The notes beneath the pieces were generated by a model that saw only the letters and a program-made list of their open reading frames with translations, was not told where the DNA came from and made no database searches. Below, one piece after another: positions 13,016 to 20,099 of a stretch of 64,000 bases of DNA (positions are counted from its first letter, which is position 1; each line of letters opens with the position of its first letter). The stretch comes from Escherichia phage radambza: sequence record MN850639.1; one strand, written 5' to 3'. Both the position numbers and the translations under genes were made by a program.

Positions 13016-14617
13016 TCAACGTCTAAGCCCCTCATATGGGTTTCCTCTCACTAAATCTGTGTGAGCACCCATTGATGGTGGCTTGAATAATTTAACTTCG
13101 TTAAGACTGTTGAAAGCATCACTGGTAGCATCCACTTGGTCATCTTTAGTTTTACCGTCACCACAAAAGCCTTCAAGTTCTTGAAAGTAAGCTTCATTCC
13201 AACTACCTCTCAAGACTTTTACAAGTCCAGCTTCAGAAGCAGCAGAAAATCCCGCAAAGCGGGTAACTTTATCTTTATTTGTTGGTTTGGCTCTTGCTCG
13301 ATAACCTTTCTCGGCAAGTTTCCTGATGAGGGATGTTGCGTAGGATTTACCAGCAGCGCCTGGGTCTTGAGGGATAAAAATACCAGTTCGCTTACCGTCA
13401 CTTTCAGCAGTCAAATTAATTTGTGTTTCGACTCCAGAGGGTCTATCTCTAAATCTTACTACATCAATGATATAATAGCAACCGTCTTTTTTAGATTTAC
13501 CCATCTTAACACCTGCTGTCCAGTCTGGATTAGGGTTAACCTCAGATGGTAAAGTTGCTGCTAAGTCCCATGCTCTAACATCAAATACATCTTCTGGGAG
13601 TGAATCAACAATCTCACACCATTGTCTTTGCCAATAGTTTGAACCTTCTGCACGAGCTTTCCAGTTACCGAAACGAAGCCTTGCAACGTTTACAGGGGTG
13701 TTGTTTTCCAACTTACCACGGTACTTAGGCTCTAAGAAGTCAAGGATTGGGTTATCATCAATCGTACCAGAGATGAAGGTGTATGTTTGAGGAATCTCAA
13801 GAGGGAACATTTCAAGAATCTTGTCTCTCTCCCAATCAGAAACCATCACACCATCATTCATTACATACCAACGAATACGACCACACTTTTCAGGGTCTGG
13901 ATAACCTTCTTCATCTAAGAATGGCTCTACCCAATCATAAATAAAATGGTCTCTGTCTGGGTTCATGGAAATTTTCATGTATGAATCACCTTCAGCACCA
14001 GAACGAAGACGTGTTTGTAGGTATGAAATCTGTGAAGCAGAGAAGTGTGTACCTTCGTCAAAGTAAATAGCTGAGTATTCAATACCCTGATGACCTTCAG
14101 CGTGCTTTTCAAGTTCTAGATAGGTAAACTTGATAGTCGCCCCAGAAGGGAATGTGATAGTCATCTTCTGCTCGTGAGGAACCCCACCAAACTTACCAAA
14201 TAGTTTCTTTGCAGCAGGCCATAAACCACCTTGTAACTGTGTTGTATTTCGACGGAAATATACAGCATTATAGTTAGGGTCTTCAATAAACCTTAAAGAG
14301 TCCATTAACAATGCAGCAGTTTTACCAGCACCAGCAGCACCACCATAGAGAACCAAGTCAGCATTAGTATTTAAAAAGACCTCTTGAGAACCCGGCTGAG
14401 GGGCTACATAATTCTTATCAGTCATCAATTTAAAGATAAGGCGAACTTGGTCTGGTGTGTATCTTAATAAAGTCAGAATTTGAGTTGGAAGGAATTTAGA
14501 GGGGTCTTTACCGAATGATTTAATAATTTCTTTTACTTCATCAGAAAGCCCCAACTCTCCAGCTAGGACTTTCCTAACATCTTCCACTCGCTTCTGCTTA
14601 ACAGCATTTAAGTCCAT
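13016..14617 (-). CDS. terminase large subunit
   Basis: Walker A LYGGAAGAGKT; nuclease-domain-like C-terminal half; ORF-track TTG start trimmed to ATG at 14615-14617 with GGAGG SD. Confidence 0.9.
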   Translation of the reverse strand: MDLNAVKQKRVEDVRKVLAGELGLSDEVKEIIKSFGKDPSKFLPTQILTLLRYTPDQVRLIFKLMTDKNYVAPQPGSQEVFLNTNADLVLYGGAAGAGKTAALLMDSLRFIEDPNYNAVYFRRNTTQLQGGLWPAAKKLFGKFGGVPHEQKMTITFPSGATIKFTYLELEKHAEGHQGIEYSAIYFDEGTHFSASQISYLQTRLRSGAEGDSYMKISMNPDRDHFIYDWVEPFLDEEGYPDPEKCGRIRWYVMNDGVMVSDWERDKILEMFPLEIPQTYTFISGTIDDNPILDFLEPKYRGKLENNTPVNVARLRFGNWKARAEGSNYWQRQWCEIVDSLPEDVFDVRAWDLAATLPSEVNPNPDWTAGVKMGKSKKDGCYYIIDVVRFRDRPSGVETQINLTAESDGKRTGIFIPQDPGAAGKSYATSLIRKLAEKGYRARAKPTNKDKVTRFAGFSAASEAGLVKVLRGSWNEAYFQELEGFCGDGKTKDDQVDATSDAFNSLNEVKLFKPPSMGAHTDLVRGNPYEGLRR

Positions 14618-14638
14618 TAAGCGCCTCCGCAAATAGAA

Positions 14639-14839
14639 TTATTCAGAGTCTGTAGCAGTCTCTTCTTTCTTAACTTCGAACTTTGCATCAACGGCATCAA
14701 GAAGTGCATCCATAGATGCTTCTTTAATATCAATACCTGTTGCTACAGACAGTCTGTCTGCAATTGCCATGATAGTATTCTGCATAAATTCTAGCTTTTT
14801 GTTAGCTTCATAAAGTTCTTTATAAACGGTCTCACTCAT
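14639..14839 (-). CDS. small hypothetical protein upstream of terminase
   Basis: 66-aa ORF with GGAG SD, follows a minus-strand terminator hairpin. Confidence 0.45.
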   Translation of the reverse strand: MSETVYKELYEANKKLEFMQNTIMAIADRLSVATGIDIKEASMDALLDAVDAKFEVKKEETATDSE

Positions 14840-14874
14840 TATGTTTTCTCCAAATAATTAACCATGTTTCTCCT

Positions 14875-14899
14875 TAAAAAAGACGGCACAGAGACCGTC
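14875..14899 (-). terminator. rho-independent terminator (minus strand)
   Basis: Plus AAAAAA then GACGG-cacagaga-CCGTC; on minus strand hairpin then TTTTTT. Confidence 0.5.
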
Positions 14900-14965
14900 A
14901 AGGAGAAACCACAATGTACGTCAGAGACATACTGTATAAGCCTTCTTATAAAGTATAACTCTGTA

Positions 14966-15024
14966 AAAAAGCCCTGTCTAAAAATACTCTTCGGTAGCGA
15001 AAGGAAGAATACTTATAGCAGGGC
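14966..15024 (-). terminator. long imperfect hairpin with T-run (minus strand), downstream of tRNA cluster
   Basis: GCCCTG ... CAGGGC with internal pairing; minus-strand TTTTTT after the stem. Confidence 0.4.
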
Positions 15025-15064
15025 ATTATTATTATTATTTTAATTGAGAGAGAGTAAAATAACT

Positions 15065-15140
15065 TGGAGAATCCGAAGGGACTCGAACCCTTATAAACCT
15101 GTTTTGCAGACAGGCACATAGCCATTTCTGTCACGGATTC
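15065..15140 (-). tRNA. tRNA-Cys (anticodon GCA)
   Basis: Manual cloverleaf: 7-bp acceptor GAATCCG/CGGATTC, T-arm with TTCGAGT loop, anticodon loop cTGCAaa, encoded CCA. Confidence 0.7.
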
Positions 15141-15144
15141 AAAT

Positions 15145-15237
15145 TGGAGGAAGATACCAGACTTGAACTGGTACACCGATTTCTCAGCTACTGGCAGTTT
15201 AGCAAACTGCTCCCTTACCTTTTAGGGTTAATCTTCC
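15145..15237 (-). tRNA. tRNA-Ser (anticodon GCT), type II
   Basis: Perfect acceptor GGAAGAT/ATCTTCC, anticodon stem GCAGT/ACTGC loop ttGCTaa, long variable arm, encoded CCA. Confidence 0.7.
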
Positions 15238-15238
15238 A

Positions 15239-15973
15239 TTATTTCTGTAATGCGCTCTTCATTTCTGGTGTTGCAATAGTGTCAATTACACCAGTTTTAC
15301 AGGCATCATCAAACCAGTCTGGTAAGATACCTGCTAAGAACCCATTGATATTCGTTTTAAGGTACTCTGCAATAAGGGCAGCTTCTTCTTCAATCATCTG
15401 CACAACTTCATCTGCATAAGCTGTAATCTTTGAGATACCTTCATTAATCTTACTAACAGCTTGGTTAGCTAAATCAGAAATAGTATCAAGACCTTTGTCA
15501 ATAGCGTCTTGTAAATCACTTAATACATCATTAACACCGTCTAGTGCACTGTTAATCGTATCAATAGCTTTTTGACCATACTCTGTAGCAACACCCATAA
15601 TACCACTAAATGGTGTACAGCCAACTTGTTCACCTGCTGCACTCATAACATTAGAATAACCTTTTGCTACCTGCATACGTGATGAAAACTCATCAATGGA
15701 CTTTTGACCGTAATCTGTCAGTGTTTTGGTGGTTGATGTAGTGCTTGTTAGACTCGTGGTAAAGCTGTTAAGCAGAACTGTTGTAAGTCCAGCAGCAACA
15801 AGCTTATCCTTTACTGTAGGGTCTGATACAGAGCTAATAGAGCTTACAAGTGATGTAGAGGCAGCTACGGTTCCACCGAGAACTGCTGCACCAGTAATAA
15901 GGGGGTTAGAAAACCCTTTACCAGTTTTTAAGAGATTAAAAATCTCCTTACCTTGTTCTGTCATCTCTTTCAT
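15239..15973 (-). CDS. hypothetical protein embedded in tRNA cluster
   Basis: ORF-track GTG start at 16036 overlaps tRNA-Phe; trimmed to ATG at 15971-15973 (MKEMTEQGKEIF...), about 244 aa. Confidence 0.5.
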   Translation of the reverse strand: MKEMTEQGKEIFNLLKTGKGFSNPLITGAAVLGGTVAASTSLVSSISSVSDPTVKDKLVAAGLTTVLLNSFTTSLTSTTSTTKTLTDYGQKSIDEFSSRMQVAKGYSNVMSAAGEQVGCTPFSGIMGVATEYGQKAIDTINSALDGVNDVLSDLQDAIDKGLDTISDLANQAVSKINEGISKITAYADEVVQMIEEEAALIAEYLKTNINGFLAGILPDWFDDACKTGVIDTIATPEMKSALQK

Positions 15974-15989
15974 TAAGCACCTTTGAAAT

Positions 15990-16066
15990 TGGTAGTCCAG
16001 TGGGATTTGAACCCTCTTCTCATGTTTTTCAGACACGCGCTTTAACCATATAAGCTACTTGGACTA
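15990..16066 (-). tRNA. tRNA-Phe (anticodon GAA)
   Basis: Acceptor TAGTCCA/TGGACTA, anticodon stem CGTGT/ACATG loop ctGAAaa, T-loop TTCAAAT; 3' end register ambiguous by one nt. Confidence 0.6.
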
Positions 16067-16071
16067 TAAAT

Positions 16072-16147
16072 TGGGGTGACCTACGGGATTTGAACCCGTA
16101 TAGACCATGTTCACAGCATGGGTCATTACCATTTATGATAAGGCCAC
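16072..16147 (-). tRNA. tRNA-His (anticodon GTG)
   Basis: Acceptor GTGGCCT/AGGTCAC, anticodon stem CCATG/CATGG loop ctGTGaa, perfect T-arm, encoded CCA. Confidence 0.7.
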
Positions 16148-16178
16148 ATTTAAGGACTCTCGTAAGAATCCTTAGAAG

Positions 16179-16254
16179 TGGCAGCGGCATAAGGATTTGA
16201 ACCTTAATAAGACAGCTTCAGAGACTGCTGCATTGCCAGTTATGCTATACCACT
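16179..16254 (-). tRNA. tRNA-Gln (anticodon CTG)
   Basis: 76 nt; acceptor with two G-U pairs; anticodon loop ctCTGaa; T-arm TAAGG/TTCAAAT/CCTTA; encoded CCA. Confidence 0.6.
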
Positions 16255-16259
16255 AAATT

Positions 16260-16338
16260 TGGTACTCCATATCGGATTCGAACCGATACATAACACAGAT
16301 TTTAAGTCTGGCCTCTCTGCCAATTGGAGTAATGGAGC
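16260..16338 (-). tRNA. tRNA with Leu-type anticodon TAA, short variable arm, 5' end ambiguous (16330 or 16338)
   Basis: Perfect T-arm ATCGG/TTCGAAT/CCGAT, discriminator A, encoded CCA; anticodon stem only 4 bp (CAGA/TCTG), loop cTTAAaa. Confidence 0.45.
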
Positions 16339-16340
16339 AT

Positions 16341-16416
16341 TGGCGGGGGATGTTGGAATTGAACCAACTTCTTCGATTTCAAAGACCGAGGTTTTAACCT
16401 TGTAAACTAATCCCCT
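16341..16416 (-). tRNA. tRNA-Gln (anticodon TTG), 1:72 mismatch
   Basis: T-arm GTTGG/TTCAATT/CCAAC, anticodon stem TCGGT/ATCGA loop ctTTGaa, encoded CCA; first acceptor pair A-C. Confidence 0.5.
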
Positions 16417-16424
16417 TTAAATCT

Positions 16425-16982
16425 TTACTTTCTCAGTGGATGAATAAAGAATGCCAACATAACTCTTTCCCTTGAGAATGCTCTTTCTTCTGGGACAACA
16501 CTTTTTAGTTTCCATCCAATATAAATTCTCCAGTAAAATTGTTTACCAAAGATTTTAATTGATGGGATAAAAGCGAATAATCCCCAAGCATTCCTGTTCC
16601 ACATTAGGAGATAACCAGTCTGATTATCTTCAGGGTTAGAACTTACGTTGATATTACCTTTCCACTTAGTAACATCTTTTACATCTCTTCCTAACACATG
16701 GTAAGAGAAGTTATAAGCTTTGTTTCTCCAGAGCCATCCAACTCTTTGCATGTAGACACCTAGTTTACCAATCCATCTAATATTAGCCCATCTTTTAACG
16801 TGACCTTCATCACCATCAATTGGGTTGTCATATGTCTCCATCCATCTGAATCCGAAAGGTAAGTGTCCTTTCTTCTCACTGTAGAATGGAACTACAAAAG
16901 GTGCTAAGATAACTGCTAAGATTGCTGCAAATGGCTCTAACAAAGCTAAGAAAATCCATGAAGCATACTTTAAGTATCTCAT
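16425..16982 (-). CDS. membrane protein (N-terminal transmembrane segment, Trp-rich), function unknown
   Basis: 185 aa, ATG start; hydrophobic N-terminus IFLALLEPFAAILAVILAPFVVPF; embedded between tRNA genes. Confidence 0.55.
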   Translation of the reverse strand: MRYLKYASWIFLALLEPFAAILAVILAPFVVPFYSEKKGHLPFGFRWMETYDNPIDGDEGHVKRWANIRWIGKLGVYMQRVGWLWRNKAYNFSYHVLGRDVKDVTKWKGNINVSSNPEDNQTGYLLMWNRNAWGLFAFIPSIKIFGKQFYWRIYIGWKLKSVVPEERAFSRERVMLAFFIHPLRK

Positions 16983-17001
16983 CTAAATAGCCTCTTAAAA
17001 T

Positions 17002-17079
17002 TGGTGTTCCAAGACGGATTCGAACCGTCACTAATACAAGGTTTGAGCTTGCATCCTCTGCCAATTGGGATACTGGAAC
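17002..17079 (-). tRNA. tRNA with Leu-type anticodon CAA, short variable arm
   Basis: Acceptor GTTCCAG/TTGGAAC, T-arm GACGG/TTCGAAT/CCGTC, anticodon stem GCAAG/CTTGT loop ctCAAac, discriminator A, encoded CCA. Confidence 0.5.
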
Positions 17080-17080
17080 A

Positions 17081-17155
17081 TGGTACTCACTAAAGGACTT
17101 GAACCTTTTTCTTCATCTTGTAAGGGTGATGTTTTACCATATAAACTAAGCGAGT
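17081..17155 (-). tRNA. tRNA-Val (anticodon TAC)
   Basis: Acceptor ACTCGCT/AGTGAGT, D-stem GTTT/AAAC, anticodon loop ctTACaa, encoded CCA. Confidence 0.6.
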
Positions 17156-17159
17156 GTGA

Positions 17160-17250
17160 AAGAGGTCTGAAGTTGTGCCGCTAACTCAACTCCGTGGAAT
17201 TTGTTACGGTCTTCAGTTGACTCAAAGCGGTCTTTCACTTGACCTCTGAA
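17160..17250 (-). ncRNA. structured non-tRNA element (candidate small RNA or processing structure), strand uncertain
   Basis: Terminal inverted repeat AGAGGTC ... GACCTCT enclosing nested stems (AGTTG/CAACT, CCGT/ACGG, GACCGC/GCGGC-like); no T-loop or anticodon arm. Confidence 0.3.
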
Positions 17251-17251
17251 T

Positions 17252-17327
17252 TGGTGCTCCCACAAGGATTCGAACCCTGATAAGTTGCTTACAAGGCAAC
17301 CGTAATAGCCAATTATACGATAGGAGC
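17252..17327 (-). tRNA. tRNA-Thr (anticodon TGT)
   Basis: Acceptor GCTCCTA/TGGGAGC, perfect anticodon stem GTTGC/GCAAC loop ctTGTaa, encoded CCA. Confidence 0.7.
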
Positions 17328-17334
17328 ATTAATT

Positions 17335-17409
17335 TGGAGCATCCAGAGGGAATCGAACCCTCAACCTCAGTTTGGAAGACTGTAATTTTCCCGTTTAAAC
17401 TATGGATGC
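17335..17409 (-). tRNA. tRNA-Gly (anticodon TCC)
   Basis: Perfect acceptor GCATCCA/TGGATGC, T-arm GAGGG/TTCGATT/CCCTC, anticodon loop ctTCCaa, encoded CCA. Confidence 0.65.
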
Positions 17410-17415
17410 ACTAAT

Positions 17416-17491
17416 TGGTGGAGAAGCAGGGAATTGAACCCTGTACTTAAGTTTGCAAAACTTATGTTTTAACCATGTAAACTACATCCCC
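17416..17491 (-). tRNA. tRNA-Ala (anticodon TGC)
   Basis: Perfect anticodon stem TAAGT/ACTTA loop ttTGCaa, T-arm CAGGG/TTCAATT/CCCTG, encoded CCA; one acceptor mismatch. Confidence 0.7.
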
Positions 17492-17497
17492 AATGTT

Positions 17498-17573
17498 TGG
17501 TACAGGTGGAGGGAATTGAACCCATCGTCTTACTGATTAAGAGTCAGCCGCATAACCATTTTGCTACACCTGC
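17498..17573 (-). tRNA. tRNA-Lys (anticodon CTT)
   Basis: Acceptor GCAGGTG/CACCTGT, anticodon stem GCTGA/TCAGT loop ctCTTaa, encoded CCA; paralogous to the tRNA at 18731-18806. Confidence 0.6.
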
Positions 17574-17580
17574 ATTAATT

Positions 17581-17657
17581 TGGTACACCTAGAGAGATTC
17601 GAACTCACACTGAGCAGATTCTAAGTCTGCTGCCTCTACCAGTTGGGCTATAGGTGC
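17581..17657 (-). tRNA. tRNA with Leu-type anticodon TAG, short variable arm
   Basis: Perfect anticodon stem GCAGA/TCTGC loop ctTAGaa, acceptor GCACCTA/TAGGTGT, discriminator A, encoded CCA; 77 nt. Confidence 0.55.
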
Positions 17658-17915
17658 ATTAAATCTTTTTAGAGAACTTCTAAGAACCTGAGCAACAAGG
17701 TTCCACAACAAGCGACTAATAACCTTAGAAGCCCTCTAAAAAGACCTAAATAGGTCTTTGCATAGTCTTGTTTAATCCGGTGACTAGAACCTTTGGAGAG
17801 CTTGATATTATCTCTTCTCCGTGACACCTACTAGGTGTTTTATCAGTGTGTACGACAATACACGAGGGATACCAAAGCAACATCCGAATGAAGCTTGGCT
17901 TTAAATCTTATTAGG

Positions 17916-18003
17916 CGGTAAGTAAAGGAGTCGAACCCTCACCGTATCTCTACAGTGGCAACTGTTTTCAAGACAGTTTGGCTACCATTAGCCGCTACCT
18001 ACC
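17916..18003 (-). tRNA. tRNA-Ser (anticodon TGA), type II, CCA not encoded
   Basis: Acceptor GGTAGGT/ACTTACC, perfect anticodon stem ACTGT/ACAGT loop ctTGAaa, long variable arm. Confidence 0.65.
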
Positions 18004-18016
18004 CCTAATAAGACTT

Positions 18017-18099
18017 TGGCATGGGACGGAGGAGTTGAACCCCTTTGAAACGGTTTTGGAGGCCGTTGCTCATGCCTTAGAGTCTTAACATCGTCCCAT
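18017..18099 (-). tRNA. tRNA-Trp-like (anticodon CCA) with enlarged D region
   Basis: Perfect acceptor ATGGGAC/GTCCCAT with encoded CCA, T-loop TTCAACT, anticodon loop ctCCAaa; 26 nt between acceptor and anticodon stem instead of about 19. Confidence 0.45.
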
Positions 18100-18242
18100 A
18101 CTATAATTCGAAGCTTACCGTATTATCTCAACACTGTAAAGCCCCTTCTCAGATTATTTACATGTTCTGGAAAACATGAGATACAGACCACCTCCTTACA
18201 CGGAGACCCGATAAGGTCGTCTAAGCAATCTGCTAACTAAAT

Positions 18243-18324
18243 TGGTCGAGGCGGCAGGACTCGAACCCGCATACTCCACTTACTCGGTTAACGGCGGTTT
18301 AGAAGACCGCTGAGATACGCCCCG
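18243..18324 (-). tRNA. tRNA-like element, atypical (anticodon-like loop TCT; no recognisable D arm; 23-nt variable region)
   Basis: Acceptor CGGGGCG/CGCCTCG, T-arm GCGGG/TTCGAGT/CCTGC, encoded CCA, perfect stem GCGGT/ACCGC with loop ctTCTaa, but only 7 nt between acceptor and that stem. Confidence 0.35.
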
Positions 18325-18572
18325 TAATTATCTTTAAAGACTCTCTTAGAAAGCCCTTAAAGATGCCCACTTTATTAATCATACCGTGGGCGAGTACGCC
18401 AAATTCTTTGATGAGGGATTGGAAGACCTCACTGGTGTTTAGCCTATCAAGCTACTGCCAGAAAAACATTGTCGTTTGCATTTATTTTAAATTTGCAAAA
18501 TAGACGCTACGCAACGAAAACTAAGGTTACTATAAAGTAGTCACATCTCAATGTCAACAACTTTATTGAAAG

Positions 18573-18647
18573 TGGTTGTAGGTGAGGGTATCGAACCCTC
18601 TTCTAACGGTTATCAGCCGTTTGCATTACCATTTATGCTAACCCACA
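18573..18647 (-). tRNA. tRNA-Ile (anticodon GAT)
   Basis: Perfect anticodon stem AACGG/CCGTT loop ctGATaa, T-arm GAGGG/TTCGATA/CCCTC, encoded CCA. Confidence 0.7.
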
Positions 18648-18649
18648 AT

Positions 18650-18726
18650 TGGAGGTTCAGGTGGGAATTGAACCCACATTCATAGGGCTTATGAAACCCT
18701 TGCATTACCTTATCTGCGACTGAACC
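18650..18726 (-). tRNA. tRNA-Met (anticodon CAT)
   Basis: Perfect acceptor GGTTCAG/CTGAACC, anticodon stem AGGGT/GCCCT (three G-C pairs) loop ttCATaa, T-arm GTGGG/TTCAATT/CCCAC, encoded CCA. Confidence 0.65.
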
Positions 18727-18730
18727 ATAT

Positions 18731-18806
18731 TGGTAGAAGTGGAGGGATTCGAACCCATCGCCTGTCAGATTAAAAGTCTGCCGCATCACCATTCTGCTAC
18801 ACTTCC
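18731..18806 (-). tRNA. tRNA-Lys (anticodon TTT)
   Basis: Acceptor GGAAGTG/CACTTCT, anticodon loop ctTTTaa, encoded CCA; paralog of 17498-17573. Confidence 0.6.
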
Positions 18807-18810
18807 ATTA

Positions 18811-18954
18811 AATTATCTTTGTAGATAAGCTACCCAGACTTGCTTAAGGTCTGTAGCGATGTGCCTTTTTGGGTTTAAATCTAGAATTTACCCTTTCACC
18901 CTTTGTGGTCGCATACTCACAGGTAAGCTTAATAACTTATCTACAAAGATAATT
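18811..18954. repeat. perfect 19-bp inverted repeat pair (18811-18829 and 18936-18954) flanking a 106-bp spacer
   Basis: AATTATCTTTGTAGATAAG and its exact reverse complement CTTATCTACAAAGATAATT; internal hairpin CAGAC-ttgcttaag-GTCTG. Confidence 0.6.
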
Positions 18955-19005
18955 ACCAGACCGTTGTTTATCATCTTAAGTGCTACCATTACACCAACTC
19001 GACAT

Positions 19006-19031
19006 CTGCCGAGTGAAGGAATCGAACCTTC
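19006..19031 (-). pseudogene. tRNA 3'-half-like fragment (T-arm plus acceptor 3' strand, no 5' partner)
   Basis: Perfect T-arm GAAGG/TTCGATT/CCTTC but no complementary acceptor 5' strand or anticodon arm within 100 nt. Confidence 0.3.
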
Positions 19032-19234
19032 GCCTTTTCTTTACCGAGAAATAGATTGTTTAAGTTTTGCTGTAAACGGTCTTCTGTAAATTTGTTGAGC
19101 CAGACCAAGTTTTAGATTTTCAAAATTAAATTGGCTTGAAATTTCATACGTTCTTGCTGTATTTGGTCTTCTGCTCCTTTAAAGAATACTCGTAAGAACT
19201 CTTTAAGGGAGGGGCTAAATAGCCCTCTCAAAAT

Positions 19235-19310
19235 TGGCGAGGTATGCGAGAATCGAACTCGCGGCTCAGGAGAGACAATCCCGTATTTTACCCATCTAAA
19301 CTAATACCCC
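19235..19310 (-). tRNA. tRNA-Asp (anticodon GTC)
   Basis: Acceptor GGGGTAT/ATACCTC, T-arm GCGAG/TTCGATT/CTCGC, anticodon loop ttGTCtc, discriminator G, encoded CCA. Confidence 0.7.
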
Positions 19311-19314
19311 AAAT

Positions 19315-19743
19315 TCATGTACCATTTCTTAGATACTTCTTCCTACGTCTTTCTGGACTATAGTTTCTTCTACTCTCAGCATTCTTAGCCAGCCTACACT
19401 CATCGCATCTACAGCCTTTAAAATAGCTATACGCAGTTCCGTGTTTAATTGTTTTATGTTTTCTTTCACTTATCTGTGCTGGTCTTGCTGCTTTCATGTT
19501 ACATTTAAGATGACTATAAGAAATATTATCTAGTGAAAAGAAAAGCTCTTTTGCATTCTCACTATGTCTCCACGGAATCTTATGCTCGATAGAGAAATCA
19601 TCCCTAGTCATTTCTTTTCCGCACTGAAAACATCTATTTTGATTTGTCTTACATATAAAATCGAATAGCAAATCTTTTACTAGTCTGTTTTGTGCAGTTC
19701 CCAAACTCATACCAAGTTGTGATTTGTATACTTCATCTCTCAT
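19315..19743 (-). CDS. HNH homing endonuclease
   Basis: CFQCGKEMTRDDFSIEHKIPWRHSEN...SHLKCN HNH motif; ORF-track start at 19836 overlaps tRNA-Tyr, trimmed to ATG at 19741-19743. Confidence 0.75.
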   Translation of the reverse strand: MRDEVYKSQLGMSLGTAQNRLVKDLLFDFICKTNQNRCFQCGKEMTRDDFSIEHKIPWRHSENAKELFFSLDNISYSHLKCNMKAARPAQISERKHKTIKHGTAYSYFKGCRCDECRLAKNAESRRNYSPERRRKKYLRNGT

Positions 19744-19765
19744 AACTAAGTATCTCGCTAAGTGT

Positions 19766-19853
19766 TGGTGTGCCGTGTAGGAGTCGAACCTACCGAGTCT
19801 CAATGACAAGGGATTTACAGTCCCCACCGCTACCATCTACGGGATAACGACAC
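19766..19853 (-). tRNA. tRNA-Tyr (anticodon GTA), type II
   Basis: Acceptor GTGTCGT/ACGGCAC, anticodon stem GGGGA/TCCCT loop ctGTAaa, long variable arm, T-arm GTAGG/TTCGACT/CCTAC, encoded CCA. Confidence 0.7.
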
Positions 19854-19864
19854 ATTTAATTTTG

Positions 19865-19938
19865 CGGTTAGTCAGGGATTCGAACCCTGTGCCATTCGCT
19901 TAACAGGCGACCGCACATACCTTATGTGCTTCCTAACC
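19865..19938 (-). tRNA. tRNA-Asn (anticodon GTT), CCA not encoded
   Basis: D-stem GCAC/GTGC, anticodon loop ctGTTaa, T-arm CAGGG/TTCGAAT/CCCTG. Confidence 0.6.
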
Positions 19939-20022
19939 ATATTTAGTATTACCAGACCGTATCTTTCAATTTTTTCCGCTAAAAATTTAATAAATGTTGC
20001 TGTAAACGGTCTTCTGTAAATT

Positions 20023-20099
20023 TGGAGGCGGGTGCAGGAGTCGAACCTGCCGATACCATGCTAATGAGACATGTGAGACGCCCTTTCTCTATACCCGCA
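20023..20099 (-). tRNA. tRNA with CAT anticodon (Met, initiator or Ile-lysidine type), unpaired 1:72
   Basis: Anticodon stem CATGT/GCATG loop ctCATta, T-arm GCAGG/TTCGACT/CCTGC, encoded CCA; first acceptor position U opposite C. Confidence 0.6.

Noticed and set aside
14946-15176. 76-aa minus-strand ORF
   Set aside because: Overlaps the terminator hairpin, tRNA-Cys and the 3' end of tRNA-Ser; not coding.
15974-16036. N-terminal extension of the ORF-track gene 15239..16036 (GTG start)
   Set aside because: The extension overlaps tRNA-Phe (15990-16066); an in-frame ATG with upstream context exists at 15971-15973, so the gene was trimmed.
18859-19089. 76-aa plus-strand ORF in the tRNA region
   Set aside because: Spans the inverted-repeat element and the tRNA-like fragment; no RBS and opposite to all neighbouring genes.
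19206-19228. GGGGCT-aaat-AGCCC hairpin downstream of tRNA-Asp as a terminator
   Set aside because: The stem is imperfect and there is no U-run on either strand.
19744-19836. N-terminal extension of the HNH ORF 19315..19836
   Set aside because: It overlaps tRNA-Tyr (19766-19853); the internal ATG at 19741-19743 gives a normal HNH protein start.
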